From Podarcis tiliguerta (lineage: Eukaryota): 64,000 bases of DNA. The notes under the pieces were generated by a model. It saw only the letters and a list, made by a program, of their open reading frames with translations, was not told where the DNA came from and made no database searches. The stretch's first letter is position 1; every line of letters begins with the position of its first letter. Positions 12,911-24,235 of the stretch are shown in pieces. The stretch lies in NCBI GenBank assembly GCA_965153285.1, contig OZ229115.1, one strand, 5' to 3'. The position numbers and the translations under genes were made by a program.

Positions 12911-13152
12911 CAGTGGTACCTTGGGTTACATACGCTTCAGGTTACATACACTTCAGGTTACAGACTCCTCTAACCCAGAAATAGTACCTCGGGTTTAGAA
13001 CTTTGCTTCAGGATGAGAACAGAAATCGTGCTCTGGCGGCACAGCAGCAGTGGGAGGCCCCATTAGCTAAAGTGGTGCTTCAGGTTAAGAACAGTTTCAG
13101 GTTAAGAACGGACCTCTGGAACAAATTAGGTTCTTAACCCGAGGTACCACTG
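12911..13152. mobile_element. Tc1/mariner (Tigger-like) MITE
   Basis: TA|CAGTGGTACCTTGGGTTA...TAACCCGAGGTACCACTG|TA; internal ttcaggtta repeats. Confidence 0.9.
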
Positions 13153-14089
13153 TATGTCTTAAGAATCTGCAAATTTCGTACAAGAATCTGGTACATTTCC
13201 TGTTAATGGCAAAATTCCACTTTAGTAACTCTTAAAATATACAATTTGTTGGCTAGAATTGTTTGATTAAGCAATTGTTCTGGCTTAAATCACACTGATT
13301 GCAGAAAGCAACCTCTCTCAAAATGTGCTGTTGTTGTTTTTTTATCAAGGATACAGATTCCAACTACTCTTTCTGAATTTGTTGTGCTACATTCTTTTTC
13401 AACTAAAGCTCAGAAAGATTAAGTTATGCCAGCAAGATTTTACTGAGTAAACACAATCCTGTTCCAATGTGGAATTTTTGGTCCTATAGAATCTAGAAAA
13501 GCAGAAGAAATCTTGTGGAATCTGCTTCAACTGCTCCTACTATCCCCAAGTTCACTTTAGAGGCAACACCATCAACATTTTGAGAAGGACAGTCGGTGTT
13601 CTATAATGCTAGTGCTAATAGTGCTAACAGATTTTTTCCAGGTGCTGCAAGGTCTTTGCCAATCTGACCCACAAGATAACATGATAGATCCCTGGAAGCC
13701 AGCTGTGACATGCGTACCACGCGTTTTGAAGTTAAAAATGCTTGTATGCATTTCAACCTGATCTCTGCTTTATGTGCAAGTCCATGAGTGAATACACCCA
13801 GAGCACCATCTAGTCTTGTTTTCAGTTGTGGAGGATCAATGTTGTTGACAAGGTGCTTGGAGAACTGCAATTAACCTGTTTGCTTGCCCCTTGCCCCTCC
13901 GAGATTTTAACATCAAATGGTAGAGGATTGGCCAGCTGAATCCAGGAAGTTATAAGTGTCTCGGCCGCATTAAAAGAGAGGGTCATAAGGCCACTCTTGA
14001 AAAAATCCCCTCTAGGCCTCTCAGTATGATTTCAGTTATAAGTTAATCATAAATATTCCCTTTTGGGACAAGGTACTCAAACAGACAAT

Positions 14090-14215
14090 AACATAAGAAG
14101 AGTCCTCCTGGTTTCAAGAAGCTCATCTTCTCCAGTATCCTGCTCTGACAGTGGCCAACCAGATGCCTATGGGAAGCCTCCAAGAAGATCCTGAGTGAAA
14201 CAGCAGAACATAGCC
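14090..14215 (-). mobile_element. CR1 LINE 3' tail fragment
   Basis: aacataagaagag...ccagtatcctg...cagtggccaaccagatgcc is the reverse complement of the tails of the CR1 copies ending at 30950 and 52467. Confidence 0.6.
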
Positions 14216-16645
14216 AGCATGGGTAATAGTGAGTGACAGTCTCAGTGGATCTGATTTGATTTAACATTATAGTATGTTTTCACCAAAACAAATACTGAAT
14301 TCAAAGCGGCTCACAATATTCACAGTAGCATCAAAACAAACACATTGCAATCACTCTATCAAACACAATACCATATAAATAAAACAAGCAGCAGCAACAA
14401 ATTCACCAAAACAATTTATACAATTCAGTAACTCCAGACAGTTTTGGATGACAATGATTCCAGCCCACTTTTGGCATTTAAAAGTGAAGCTCACCTTCAT
14501 GTGCCTCCTTTACAAGAAGAGAGAAGAGCTTTTTTTAGCACTACAGCCCACGTAATATTCTACCTGGAGCCAACATTTACATTTTTTGGCACCAGGCAAA
14601 AATGTTTTTGCTGAATCATGCATTTTTAACTGCTGGAAATGAATTTTGTAAATTTTATTCATTGTTTTATTATTGTATTTTGCTATGAGTATTGATTGTG
14701 CAGTGCCCTGAAATCCAAAAGGGTGAAGAGGAGAATAAAAATGCTTTAAATAAACAACCCTCCTGGTACTTTTTGTAGCTTTCAGCACTATCAGCCACGA
14801 TATCCTTCTTGCTTGGCTACATGAGATGTGCACTGGGGACTCTGGGCCGCAGTGGTTCCATCCATACCTAGGTGGCCATTTCCAGAAAGTGATATTGAGG
14901 GACTACTACTCTGCCCCATGGCATTTACGGCAGGGTTCCACTCCTATTGGAAACTACTGAGCAAGTTCATCTGGGGATTTGGGGGTGTAATGTCATTAAT
15001 ATGCTGAGGCTCAAAAGTGGCCTATATCTGCCTAAAAATAAATGCATATATAAACGTATGACATTCAGAAGTAGCTGGATGCAGAATTCCCTACATGCCA
15101 TTCAAAGTTGCTGATAAACTAACAAAGTGCCAAGGTTTTTACTTAAGTTCTTCATAACTGAACAGTTCACTTTCCATTCTATGGGTTACACAGGAAATCC
15201 ATGCTCAATCCTCCTTCCCACCACCCATTCTTTATGGGTCCTGCTTCTCCAGATGCACTTTGAAATATAAATCTTGCCCTTCTTCACAGAGAAAAATACC
15301 TAGGATCCCTGGCATCTTCATTTTAGAGGTTTTTGGTAGCAGGTGTCCACCTGAAGACCCACTATCACTGGGCCAGATAGTCCAAGTGTCTTCACTCCAA
15401 TTATAAAGACAACTTTGGAAAATTTCAGATTAGTGCTTGAAGGGTAAACAAGCATGTAAGACATAAACATTAAGACAGCCATCCTGAAGTAGCAGTATTC
15501 TCAAATGGCAAATATATTTCACCCTTAATTTAGGTAACTTTGAGGATGATGCTCCTGCAGAAGGAGCACTGGCTTCACCCATCAGGCTGGCAGCCAAAAG
15601 GTGCCTGCAGAGACAGGAGAGCCTGGAAGGGCCAGCATGTCAGCAGGCCAGTCGCCGGCAAAATGCCTGACTGATGGCCCTGCGCTTCACTAGCTATTTT
15701 ACATGGAGCATGGCTGATCAAAGCTATCCCCACTGTGTACTATGGAGCAATAAAAATAAAAAAACCCACAGGAAGAATTCCTTAGGCAGGTAATGGGCAC
15801 TTTATTCCTTTTTATGGCACTAAACATAGGCAGCTGGCATAATTACACTACAATAAAGGCATAATGTGCACCCAGCAGAACGAATGCGAGGCTTCTGATA
15901 ATTAGGCAGAGCAAACAGTCTGGGATTCAACCACATGGTTTTACTTGGTCTCCTGGATCTGTCTGAGCCCAGTTCCCAAAGCAGGCCAAGTCTGTCCCCC
16001 ATGAAATCTTAACCCAGCTCAACTTTTTCCTGGCTAGGATTGCTCTCTTTATTATTGCTTGTTTCTCCAATCTCACAAGATAAGAAGCACAGCCCCAGCT
16101 AGGATCCCGTAGCTCTACTAACAGAAATGTATCAATTCAAAAGAATATATGGAACCCAGATGGTAACACAGAGTTGTGCCTTGGGTCTCTGTACTGACAT
16201 TGGTATAAGCTTCTTTTTGGACAGCTGTATGCACCCAGCTCTGAGCAGGTTATAAAACAATACAGCAAAGAGCAAATGTTGTACTGTCAATCACTGCCCA
16301 ACTACTTATACGACGGAAATGGGGATCAATGAGAATAATACATGTTTGAGGGTGACTTGCTTTGAGAACCATGGCAGACACCCAGGATCTGTTGGTACTA
16401 AGGACTAACCTATCAGTTCTGAAACAACAACAAAATGAAGCCTGGAAGAAGGTAACATCAGGAGCCTTCAGAGCTATAGAATTCTCCTACTTATTACCCC
16501 ACAAATAGCAATTCCTCAGGTGTCAGGGTCTAATTAAGAATGATGATGATGATGATACCACCTTGCTGGACAGGCTTATAATCTTAAGCACTCACAAAAT
16601 GCAGCTGAGATCTAAGAGAGTAGCAAAATCTGAGCCAGCATTTCT

Positions 16646-16786
16646 TTTTCTTTTTTTCTTTTTTTAAATTATTGTTAAAATAATTCAACATTAATACACA
16701 TACAAACATACATTTCATACAACATACCTACCTACATACAACATACCTACAACATACCTACACTCAATCCCACAGCATTTCTAAAC
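16646..16786 (-). mobile_element. 5'-truncated poly(A)-tailed retro-insertion (L1-type 3' end)
   Basis: 13-bp TSD AGCCAGCATTTCT at 16633-16645 and 16787-16799; interrupted poly(T) on the + strand; TT|AGAA target on the minus strand; TG-rich low-complexity body. Confidence 0.7.
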
Positions 16787-17549
16787 AGCCAGCATTTCTA
16801 AACAGTCTTTAAAATATTAATCAAGAAAAGAAGAAACAGATTTGCAAGATTGAGCAGAACTCAAGGTTTAGGGCTCAGCACGCTTGGATCATTGCAAGAG
16901 TTTCCTCAAGTGTAGGGGAAAAACCTTTTTAGCGTGAGCATGTGCATCTGGGCTCTAATTGTCATTGCTGAGAGTCAGTGTTACTACAATCTAGATTCCT
17001 TGGGGAGCAGACCCATATTTTTCACCCTACTAACAAGCCTCAATAACATAATCAGTACCCCTCTTTACAGCCAGAGTTGTGAGATCTTTCAGACATTTCT
17101 ATTAACACCATTCTAAAACTTCAGAAAGATGTTAGCTGCAAGCCTGGCCTTGGGACAGCCCTCGATGACACACACTATGCTGGTATGGTTTTTACTAAAA
17201 ACAGGTAACACTATGTTCCAAGAGTAAAAGGAGGCATTGCATTCTCCTCTATAGGAGAAATGAGGGTCACATGAGGGCAGAGAAAGAGAAAGAGAAAGGG
17301 GTATCTTGCCCACTTGGGCTCCAATCCAAACCACGATGTCTTTTAGCCCCTTCCACTGATGGCATGTAGACCCCACATTAAATTAATGAAGGGAATACAG
17401 GTAAATTGAGTCACTTAAGAGTCTGTCCCTCTCCCTCTCTGACTCACTCATGTTTCTAAGCAGTATACAGGAAACCCAATAAAATACAATAAAAACAAGT
17501 GATAAAATCAGAATTCAGTTAAAAAGTCTGCCTGGAATTTTTAAAAAGT

Positions 17550-17873
17550 GGCCCAGTATACCTGAAGGAACGTCTCCACCCCCATTGCTCTGCATGGACA
17601 CTGAGGTCCAGCGCAGGGGGCCTTCTGCCTGGTTCCCTCGCTGTGAGAAGCCAAGTTTCAGGGAACCAGGCAGAGGGCCTTCTCGGTGGTGGCACCCACC
17701 CTGTGGAACACCCTCCCATCAGATGTCAAGGAAATAAACAACTATCTGACTTTTAGAATACATATGAAGGAAGCCCTATTTAGGGAAGTTTTTAATATTT
17801 GATGAATTATTGTATTTTAATATTTTGCTGGAAGCCTCCCAGAGTGACTGGGGAAAGCCAGCCAGATGGGCAG

Positions 17874-17917
<44 letters not shown>
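17550..17917 (+). mobile_element. L2-clade LINE 3' end with (AAT)n tail, relatively young
   Basis: Reads GPVYLKERLHPH...RAFSVVAPTLWNTLP (L2 ORF2 C-terminus), then 3' UTR and an (AAT)n run at about 17877-17917. Confidence 0.85.
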
Positions 17918-17919
<2 letters not shown>

Positions 17920-20681
17920 TAAAAAAAAACACTCTACTCACCTCTGTATTGCCATGAAGAAGAAACTGCAAATACTGGATCTCAAAGCATTGTATTTTAA
18001 CCTTCAGCCCCACTTCCCGCTCCCTAAGGGAATGAAAGCTACAAAGGACCAATGGGACCTTTGCACAGCCAGAATTCTTTATGTGTGCCACAGGAAGTGG
18101 AAGCATGGGGGAAACAGGAGCTTGTGTATGATTTACCTTCCAATCTCTTTCCTAAGCCTTTTAACCCCTTCATAGCACATGAGTGGCTAATAAGAATATG
18201 AAATGGATACCAGTCCCAGCAATACGTCTTCCCTTTCCTTCTGTCTACCAGATTCCATCCGATCATTTTCCACACATGTGGCAAGTGCCTCTCCACTCTC
18301 ACCTGGCCTGGAATGCAGCCCACGTTGCAGGATTATTGTAAGACATGCCCTGCCTTTAATCCCTTCTTCTCTAGTCTTGCTCTAGTATTGACTGCGGGGG
18401 AGGAAGGGTCAGGTGCGAGGTCAAGCTTGTCTCTTTCAACACTGGTACGCGACAAGCATTCCAGCCTCACAGCCGATTTCAAGATACACTGAAATCCAGC
18501 AAAGCAACCAGAAGGAAAACAAGGAGTTCTATAAGAGACTATGGGGCTGGGGCAGGGCGAGGGCGTGAGTAGGAAGCTAGGACTGTTGACATCTACATGA
18601 ATACCATCTAACTTTGGACTGGTGTCTCCTGAGGTCTGGCACTTGGCATCTAACAGATAAAGACGGTGTCGGGCCAGGCCAAAGAATTATATATCCATAT
18701 ACACAAGCGTACAAGAGAAAACATTTCTAGAGTGAGTATGTGCCCTTACATTCCCATAGAGGCTATACTTTGCAGCTGTGCTTAAAAAGTGATGTTGCAC
18801 AAAATCCCTCCACGTCTGAGAAGCTAATGACAAGAGGTATGGCACTGTACACTAACGTATCAGCACAAGACACCACAAATCTGCAATTCCTGGTCCTTTT
18901 GCATTTTGGCTCATACTTTCAGAATATGGGTATCTTGACCAGCAGGTGGTCTTTATGATAGTGCAAAAACATTTATGTGGGAGTCCACATCTTTTTCCAG
19001 AGTTTAGAGGTCTAGTTGTTTACTGACACAACAAGTACCATTTTCTAGACAAAGAAAACTAACAGAACCATGGTATTTTAATTGCATACTTTTTTAGCAG
19101 CAATTTACCCACAGCATTTTTGTAGTCTTCCTGCCACAGGCTCCATTATGACTCTTCTTGAGTTGGTGGTCTATAAAAGATCAGACTTACAAAAATGTTG
19201 GTCTGTTTCAGCATCCTAGACTCTCACAATCTCGTCTCAGAAAGTGGCTTTCTTATATGCACTGAGCCCTGCATTGTTGGTGTTCATAAGCAATATCTAG
19301 TATCTAGTGTGTCTCACAGCAAGTAGACAGCTCTTGCTTGATCTATAGGCAATTCTTGTAGCAGCTGCCCTGCATGCGATATGATGCAGTTTGGACATGG
19401 GCAGCTTCACAGCAGGGCTGTATATTACAAGAGTCCCCAGTCCTTCTTCCCCAGTTGGGTGGATCAAAATGAACTCTTAACATGGCTTTTTTGAGTGGGG
19501 GTCAAGGTTAACTAATTTATGAAATACTCTTTGCCACTCTGAAAAGTTTATGGTGGATTGAAATGGATATGATTTGGAAGCAAAACATGATTTGAAAAGT
19601 ATATTCAATTTTACTGCTATGAGGCAGCCTAGACAAGGAAGACCCAACTCACCCCAAGTTCAAAGATATTTTCCTCTCTCCCCAACCCCATTAGCAGAAT
19701 ATGATTGACCCTTAATATATCCTAATCTCCTAATGAGATCTGAATATATAAGGTCTGAAATAGGGTTTAATTTTACTCATTTGTTTACTCATTTATTCAT
19801 TTTATAAACCTGATTTGAATTAGGTCACTAATTTGAGCCCCAGGATTTTTGTTTGCTCTGTTGAAACCTATAACCTTTTCAATTTTTCTTTCTTTCTTAA
19901 TATATTTCACATATGAACCTCACTGGCAAGGCATCACATAGTATTACCTGTAAAGAGGCCTGTTTGTTTGACAGTATCCCAGCCAATTCCATCTTTACAG
20001 ATGCAAACTATGGAGCACAAGGTCTAAATAAAATTTCAGAAATAGTCATATAAGGTGTCTAAGCTCATACATCCCTTCACTGTGGAACTGTGCAGCAACA
20101 GCATTCAAGCAAGTATAACAGGAAGAGGTCTACATTCAATTAGCCTAAGAAGCACCACATTAACCATCACAGACAAGACCAGATGGCAACTAGCAGGACT
20201 GTAAGCACACAGAACAAATGCTCAGGCAAAGGAAAGGAAAGCTGGCTGAAAAAAGCACTGTGTCAACTACTATACTGTTTGCTGTCAAAATACATTGTTT
20301 TAAAAGTTTCAGAACTTCAATAAATAATGATGGGGGGGGGGAGGAAAAAGCATTGTGGGTAATGTACCCAGAAAGTTGGAGCCTCGGATCATGCAATACA
20401 TTAGCACATCTGATGCATGGCTCACATAAGACCAAATTTTCAGGTTTGGGCCAGGCCAGGCCAGGCATTGGCGATGTATAGCTTAACATGCTGTGCTATT
20501 CTGGTTAATGATCTGGATGGAAGCTAGTCTGATATGTGAATGTAACTAGGGATTTGCTTTCCCCAGGGTTAATAACCACATGAGGATTAATTGGGAAAAC
20601 TCTTTTCTTTCTTAATCCAAATAGCAAATTTATGATAACAGAATCAAGTATGACTCTAGGGTGGTTTGAGCAGGAGCTAAA

Positions 20682-20685
<4 letters not shown>

Positions 20686-20717
<32 letters not shown>
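20686..20717. repeat. (CT)n microsatellite
   Basis: Directly visible. Confidence 0.95.
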
Positions 20718-20719
<2 letters not shown>

Positions 20720-23049
20720 CCCCCCTCCCCCACCCCGGGTTCATTGGATCTCCTAAGTGGCCTTAGACAAGCCACTTTTTCTCAGTTTCAGCCCTCCACC
20801 ACCAATAATGCAGGGAATCCACGTTGCTGGAATCTTAGTTATCCCTACATTACTGAAATATTAGCAATACTATTTTTTTAAAAAAAAGCATGAAAAAAAT
20901 ATAAAGTGAACAACTGCCACCCACTTACAAATCTGCACAGAGTTTTAGCCAACCTAGCCAATGATCCAACACAGTAGGCAAAGGCACCTGGGACTTTTGC
21001 AAATTCCACATTCTCTTGCTGTTCCTAGGACATCTATCAATCAACAGTCTTTTGTAGTACACGAGAATATCCCCACAGGAACTACTACCTGACATATGTA
21101 TGAAGATCTGTCACCAGTGCCTTGTTCAGCTGGTATAGAATTGAATTCATGCATGTTTGCCCCAAAAGTTGTGATAATCCTACAACTATTTTCTTAATAT
21201 GCCCAAGGCCTATGTAATTATCATTTATATAGATCCAAGAGTTTCGAGTGGCTTACAAATAACAATTTAAATAGCCACCAATAACTTAATACAAATCAAG
21301 ACTATAAACCCAGTTATATAATAGAGTATAAAAGGACATTTGAAAAACCAACAACCAGGATACCATAAGAAGATGTAATTCAAATGTAAGTTTAACTTTA
21401 AAAACCTTAACACTTTTAACTTGGCCAATGAAAACCTTTCAAAAATGTTAAAAGCATACAAAATTGGGTTCCAGGGGGCTTGGTAACCATCAAGCCCACT
21501 TGGGAACTTCCTGAACTTACCTGGTGGGCAGGTGTTACCGGTACTTTTAGTACCCTATCCCCAACTAATGTTAAGGGCTTTGGGAAAAGAGACATTCCTC
21601 GGGCAACTAGGAACCCAAATAATGTCTAGAGATAGCACGAATTCACCCCAATAATTCTCATTCAAAATTCCTGGAAAACTACTACAGGCAGTTGAACAAT
21701 TTTAGTTAAAGGGAGAAATGTACATCACCACTGAGATTTGGCATTCAAAGCTCACCTTTCCCCACCATAAATCCAACACTGATTTATAAATTTATGTTTA
21801 CACATCCAAGTTAAGAATCAAGTAGATCCCTTGTGGAGTACACTGCAGCAGGATAGAGGGGACCCAGTATCTTTAAGGCCTTTCCTGGATGCCCTTTCCG
21901 TCTCCAATGACTACCCGCTAGCTCTCTCCCTTTGATTTAAGAGTTCCTCTCATGGCCCTGACAGTAAGGTATTTCTGTCCCACAGATTATAACTCACTCT
22001 GGGCTATTATTCAACTCCCAAGCCCTGGCCCTGCTGCATTTAGTCCAAACATAATATCCTTCATGCATATATTATCTGTCTCCCTATTATCTGGAATCAT
22101 TTCGGAATTAAATTTCAGTCCTGCAATATTGGCTCGAAGAGCGGCTCGCTTTATGGGCTAGTCAAAGGTTAGAATACCAATCAAAATAACATTGCCGATG
22201 CAGCGAGACATTTTAATATTCCAAAACCCGGTAATTGTAAAAGGACATAATATTTTTTCCCTGATTACCCCAAAGGCAACACATGTTAACAAGGCGAGGG
22301 AGAGAGTGAAAGGATTTCCAGAGTTCAAGACAGCTGTGTGACAGATTTAAAGGCAAAGTAGTAGAAAGCTGGCCCCATGCAGCCTTCCAGGAGGGAGGGA
22401 GGAAGAAGCACACCTGCCCCTATTGATCAGATCAATGAACCCAGTGTCTCTCTCTCTGCGATTGGCTAGTTACCAGTATCATTTGAGCTATCACATGACT
22501 GTCAAGCTGATCGCATGTGCTTCAGAAAGCTGCTGGGCTAAAGGAGCAGTCATTACATAAGATAACAACCCACAAAATGGCACAATGAAAAATACTAATT
22601 CAAGTCCAGGAAGTGCTGGAAGTTAGAAAGCAGGCAATAAGATAACCATGGCAAGCGTCGTGTTATGATTTCTGTCAGCAACAACAAACATTCTGACCCT
22701 ACTCCTGTAGTCCCTTTAGTTTTTAGGATCAGCCTCTGAATTAGGCATATGTTTTAATGTTAAGCAAATGCTTCAGATCAAAAGTTGCTTAGCTTAGTAA
22801 TTTGCCACTATCTGGGTAATTATTTCCACTATCTGGGTCACTTTGGGCCTTCAGTAAATTTATGTGAACCTAATGTCAACCCTGTTTGACCAGACAAACG
22901 ATCCACCTAGCCCTATGTCCCATCCTTGACAAAAGCCAAATAAAGATGCTTGAAGAAATATATAGCAGCAGTCCATTCTTGGTCATCCACTCCCAATCAC
23001 CCGTTTTAAAGTTTAGAGACATCCTAAATATTAGAATAGATGCCCTGAG

Positions 23050-23420
23050 CATGCTAATAAAGAGCTATTGATATTCTTATCTTCCATTAATTCGTCTAAG
23101 GGGTTTTATTATTATTGCCCAGCTGTACTGATAGCAGAGAGTTCCACAAATAAATTGAGGGTTGTGTGAAAATAGTTTATGTGCTTGTTTTAAACCTGCT
23201 GCTTGTTAATTTCATTGGAGGTTCACTGGTTGCAGTAACTACTTGAAAGGGTAAAAGGTCTGTTTCCTGGCTACTCTTTCTACTCCACTCACGGTTTTAT
23301 ATACTTCTGCTTAGAAAAGTAATAGATAAGAGTGGGTATTACGGGAAAGTCCAGATATTTAACCCTTCCTCATATATGTAAGGTAGTGCATATCTTGATG
23401 ATTTTTTTCTGCTCATCTTG
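23050..23420 (-). mobile_element. Old CR1 LINE fragment (3' part of ORF2)
   Basis: gagttccacaa...tgtgtgaaaa...ttttaaacctgctgc...aatttcattgg resembles the reverse complement of CR1 ORF2 3' end; boundaries approximate. Confidence 0.6.
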
Positions 23421-23421
23421 A

Positions 23422-23637
23422 GGTAGAATCCAATGCTGCAGAAACAGCCTTCAACTTGTACAACAGAACTTCACCTTTTTATCCCTCACATACCCACAAA
23501 ATTTATTCCTTGGGATCCCACACCTTCTAAAACAGATTTTGAGGGCATGTGGAGGACTGTAGGAAGGAGAAGGCCATGTCCCATTATGTGAACACAAGTT
23601 CATTCTGCTTGCACACAGACAGCACTGAATATAACCC
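23422..23637. mobile_element. About 200-bp foldback non-autonomous DNA element; related copies near 11284-11483, 46350-46545, 57683-57887 and 62770-62960
   Basis: Degenerate inverted termini ggtagaatccaatgctg / cagcactgaatataacc, with pyrimidine-rich and purine-rich internal arms. Confidence 0.45.
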
Positions 23638-23649
23638 TCTATTCCTTTT

Positions 23650-24155
23650 CTCAATTACTTGGGTCTTCCTTTCCCCCCTTTTTGAAGATGGGGACAACAT
23701 TTGCCCGCCTCCAGTCTGTAGGGACCTCACCTGTTCTCCAATAATTCTCCAAGATAATAGACAAAGGCTCTGAAATTACATCCACAAACTCCTTTAGTAT
23801 CCTTGGATACAGCTCATTAGGCTCTGGAGATTTGCATTCATTTTAAATAGATAGGTGTTCCCTTACTACCTCTTTTCCTATCTTGGGCTACAGCTCCCTC
23901 CTTACATCATTCTGTTATCACCCGGTTGGGCATCGTTTTCCTTTTGGGTGAAGACAGAGGCAAAGTAGGTGTTGAGTAGTTCTGCCTTTTCTCTGTCACC
24001 CAATAGCATTTCTCCATGTTGCCCACACAGAGGATCTACCACTTGCTTGGTCTTCCTCTTACTTCGGACATAGCCAAAGAAACCTTTTTTTATTATTTTT
24101 AACCTCTCTTGCAAGTCTGAGCTCATTCTGAGCTTTAGCCAGCCTGACTTTCCCC
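23650..24155 (-). mobile_element. CR1 LINE ORF2 internal fragment (frameshifted)
   Basis: Translates KKGFFGYVRSKRKTK...EKAELLNTYFASVFT...WRTGEVPTDWRRANVVPIFKKG, the CR1 region just upstream of the RT core. Confidence 0.92.
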
Positions 24156-24204
24156 AATGTGCCAATGTGCAATTCATCCATGTAGCCTACACACTGTGCT
24201 AAGT

Positions 24205-24233
<29 letters not shown>
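24205..24233. repeat. (CA)n microsatellite
   Basis: Directly visible. Confidence 0.95.
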
Positions 24234-24235
<2 letters not shown>

